Below are positions 61,773 to 64,000 of a stretch of DNA of 64,000 nt, one piece after another. Within the stretch, counting starts at the first letter, position 1, and the number at the start of each line of letters is the position of its first letter. The notes beneath the pieces were generated by a model. It had not been told where the DNA came from and searched no databases. It was given only the letters and a program-made list of their open reading frames with translations. Both the position numbers and the translations under genes were made by a program. Origin of the DNA: an uncultured Clostridia bacterium (lineage in GTDB: Bacteria; Bacillota; Clostridia; Oscillospirales; Oscillospiraceae). The stretch is from positions 1,965 to 65,964 of the forward strand of contig CALYTP010000001.1 of the NCBI GenBank assembly GCA_945486915.1, given 5' to 3'.

Positions 61773-61976
61773 TTGAATCCCAAAATCAACAAGCTCCGGG
61801 CGGAGCTGGAGAAGAACAACGAGAAAATGGAAAAGCTCCAGGTCCGGAACGCAGAGCTTCAGCAGCAGCTTCAGGAGGCGGAAAACATGGAGATTCTCGG
61901 CATGGTCCGCGCCTGTGGCATGAGTGTGGAGGAAATCGTGCAGCTGCTGAAAGCTGCAGGAGGTGGGCAGGAATGA
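61773..61976 (+). CDS. DUF4315 family coiled-coil protein
   Basis: NPKINKL...EAENMEI; AAGGAG RBS with TTG start. Confidence 0.75.
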   Translation: MNPKINKLRAELEKNNEKMEKLQVRNAELQQQLQEAENMEILGMVRACGMSVEEIVQLLKAAGGGQE

Positions 61977-62734
61977 AGCGACTGTCCCGGCTGCTGTGCC
62001 TGACGGCAGCTTTGCTTCTCTCCATTCCGTTGTGCTGCAATCCTGTCGCTGCCAGAGGGGATGAACCCGATTACATCGTCGTTATCCCTGGTGAGACCAT
62101 GCCTCCTGCTACAACCCCTCAGGCTACAACCGCAACACAGCCCAATACGACAATTACTACGCTACCCACCCAGGGAACGGGTTTTACAGAAGATGGCATT
62201 ATGTCAACCCGGGATCTCCTCTTTGACAAGGCTACCAACAAGCAGTACATCGTGGTGGAAACCCGGAACGGGCAGACCTTTTACATGGTCATCGATTACG
62301 ACAAGCCCCTGGATGAGGACGAGGAACGGTATCAGACCTATTTCCTGAATCCGGTGGATGAGGCGGATTTGCTGGCGCTCATTGAGCAGGAGGAAACCCA
62401 GCCCATTGTTTGCAGCTGTGTGGACAAATGCTTCCTGGGCGCTGTCAACGAGGACTGCGAGCTGTGCAGGCAGAACATCCGCCGCTGTGTGGGCAAGGTG
62501 GTGGAGACGGAACCACCTACTACTGCTCCTACTGTCCAGCCGGAATCCAACAATAATCCGGCTGCGGCGCTGGCCATCCTGCTTCTGCTGGGCGGTGGTG
62601 CCGGGGCTGGCTACTACTTCTATGTGAAGAAAAAGTCCCAGGAAAAGAAACAGGGCAGCACCGACCTTTCCGAGTATGACTACGGCATGGATGACGACGA
62701 TCTCTTTGACGAAAGCGAGGAAAGCGAAGAATGA
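61973..62734 (+). CDS. DUF4366 family membrane protein
   Basis: NKQYIVVETRNGQTFYMVIDYD, YFLNPVDEADLL, Cys cluster, TM segment. Confidence 0.82.
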   Translation: MKRLSRLLCLTAALLLSIPLCCNPVAARGDEPDYIVVIPGETMPPATTPQATTATQPNTTITTLPTQGTGFTEDGIMSTRDLLFDKATNKQYIVVETRNGQTFYMVIDYDKPLDEDEERYQTYFLNPVDEADLLALIEQEETQPIVCSCVDKCFLGAVNEDCELCRQNIRRCVGKVVETEPPTTAPTVQPESNNNPAAALAILLLLGGGAGAGYYFYVKKKSQEKKQGSTDLSEYDYGMDDDDLFDESEESEE

Positions 62735-62925
62735 CCAGATTCACGAACAGTCCTTATGAGTACATGATGCGTCAGATTCCCGTTTCTGCCAAACCGTCCG
62801 TCCCTGCGCCGCCCTCCAAACCCCACCTGTGCAATGGCTGCAAGCGATACGGTGAGGGCTGCATCCACCCCTGCTACCGGGAAGTCAAAGAAACGGAGGA
62901 TGAAAATGCGCCTGATCGTCAGTGA
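62731..62925 (+). CDS. Small Cys-rich hypothetical protein
   Basis: ATGA overlap; SPYEYMM..., CNGC...C..PCY. Confidence 0.55.
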   Translation: MTRFTNSPYEYMMRQIPVSAKPSVPAPPSKPHLCNGCKRYGEGCIHPCYREVKETEDENAPDRQ

Positions 62926-64000
62926 AAAGCCCTCCGTGGCTTATGCCATCGGGGCGGCTTTAGGAGTAGAGAAAAAACAAAAGGGCTATTTAGAGGGCAA
63001 TGGTTATTTGGTTTCCTGGTGCTTTGGCCATCTGGCAGCTCTGGCCGATGCAGACCAGTATGACCCCAAATTCAAGAAATGGAGAAAGGAGGATTTGCCC
63101 ATTGTTCCGGCTCCTTTCCAATTCCGCATTTCAGAGGAGAAACGCAGTCAGTTTGAGCTTCTGAAAAGCCTGATGCACCGCCAGGATGTGAGCGAGGTGA
63201 TCAACGCCTGTGATGCGGGTCGGGAGGGCGAACTGATCTTCCGCACGGTTTATAACCTGGCCGGATGCCGCAAGCCCATGAAGCGGCTCTGGATTTCCTC
63301 CATGGAAGACGATGCCATCCGGGAGGGCTTTGCAAATCTCCGCCCCGGCGCAGATTTTGATGGACTGTACCAAAGTGCCCTGTGCCGCGCCAAGGCCGAC
63401 TGGCTGGTGGGCATCAACGCCACCCGGTTTTTCTCTCTTGTTTACGGCACCAAGCTGAGTGTTGGCCGGGTCATGTCCCCGACATTGGCCCTGATGGTGC
63501 AGCGGGAAGCGCAGATTCAGGCTTTTGTCCCGGAGCGGTTCTACACCGTGAATCTGGACTGCGGCTTTTCCGCTGCATCTAACCGAATCCAAGATTTCAC
63601 CGATGCAACGAAAATCGCCGATGCTTGTAAAGGTACGGAAGCAATTATCCAATCTGTGGAGCGGCGGGAGAAAACCGAGAATGCCCCCTTGCTGTATGAT
63701 CTGACTACCCTCCAGCGGGATGCCAACCGGCTGCTGGGGTACACTGCCCAGCAGACCCTGGACTATCTGCAAGCGCTGTATGAGAAGAAGCTGTGTACCT
63801 ATCCCAGAACGGACAGCCGGTATCTGACGGATGATATGCTTCCCACTCTGAATGGTCTGACCCGCACCGCCGCCTCCATTCTGGGCTGCCTGACACCGGA
63901 TATGACGGATGCACTGAGAGTTTGCGACAGCCGCAAGGTCAGCGACCACCATGCCATCGTTCCGACACCCTCTGCGGGCACCATCAATTTGTCCGCCCTC
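62906..64000 (+). CDS. topB: DNA topoisomerase III (3' partial; absent from the ORF track)
   Basis: MRLIVSEKPSVA, SWCFGHL, NACDAGREGE, ADWLVGINATR, VGRV, TYPRTDS, DHHAIVPT. Confidence 0.93.
   Translation, partial: MRLIVSEKPSVAYAIGAALGVEKKQKGYLEGNGYLVSWCFGHLAALADADQYDPKFKKWRKEDLPIVPAPFQFRISEEKRSQFELLKSLMHRQDVSEVINACDAGREGELIFRTVYNLAGCRKPMKRLWISSMEDDAIREGFANLRPGADFDGLYQSALCRAKADWLVGINATRFFSLVYGTKLSVGRVMSPTLALMVQREAQIQAFVPERFYTVNLDCGFSAASNRIQDFTDATKIADACKGTEAIIQSVERREKTENAPLLYDLTTLQRDANRLLGYTAQQTLDYLQALYEKKLCTYPRTDSRYLTDDMLPTLNGLTRTAASILGCLTPDMTDALRVCDSRKVSDHHAIVPTPSAGTINLSAL

Larger units (their letters stand above)
39973..64000 (+). mobile_element. Integrative conjugative element (Clostridial MPF-FATA/CTn-like), left part; runs off the window
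   Basis: parB, HTH initiator, pcfB, virD4, maff2, virB6, prgI, virB4, NlpC/P60, DUF4315, DUF4366, topB in the usual order; abrupt AT-rich shift at the SASP breakpoint; integrase and relaxase are not in the window. Confidence 0.88.

Overview
GC-rich, spore-forming Bacillota (Clostridia, Oscillospiraceae-like by gene content and T-boxes; inference). Four blocks. (1) 1-7.0 kb: SH3-repeat protein, Cu/Zn SOD, Rrf2 regulator with flavodoxin-ferredoxin, nitroreductase, DUF1638 protein and a lone purF. (2) 7.1-22.0 kb, the highlight: three acyl-CoA synthetases, each behind its own T-box riboswitch (specifier codons CUG/Leu, AUC/Ile, GUA/Val), followed by a 2-oxoacid:ferredoxin oxidoreductase (Vor-type), a CN-hydrolase and ilvE. 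This reads as a route making Leu/Ile/Val from branched short-chain fatty acids by reductive carboxylation, and it includes a LeuA homologue that has lost its catalytic motifs. (3) 22.4-38.0 kb: surface-polysaccharide cluster (ugd, glycosyltransferases, Wzy-like, GDP-fucose/GDP-mannose genes), then pepP. (4) About 39.97 kb to the end: left part of a conjugative element that appears to have inserted into an alpha/beta-type SASP spore gene. It carries an ATPase-nuclease between duplicated parB ends, a sortase pilus inside the T4SS operon, and a type III toxin-antitoxin with a visible pseudoknot antitoxin. Two dispersed palindromic repeat families are also present. All calls come from reading motifs by eye; no searches were run.
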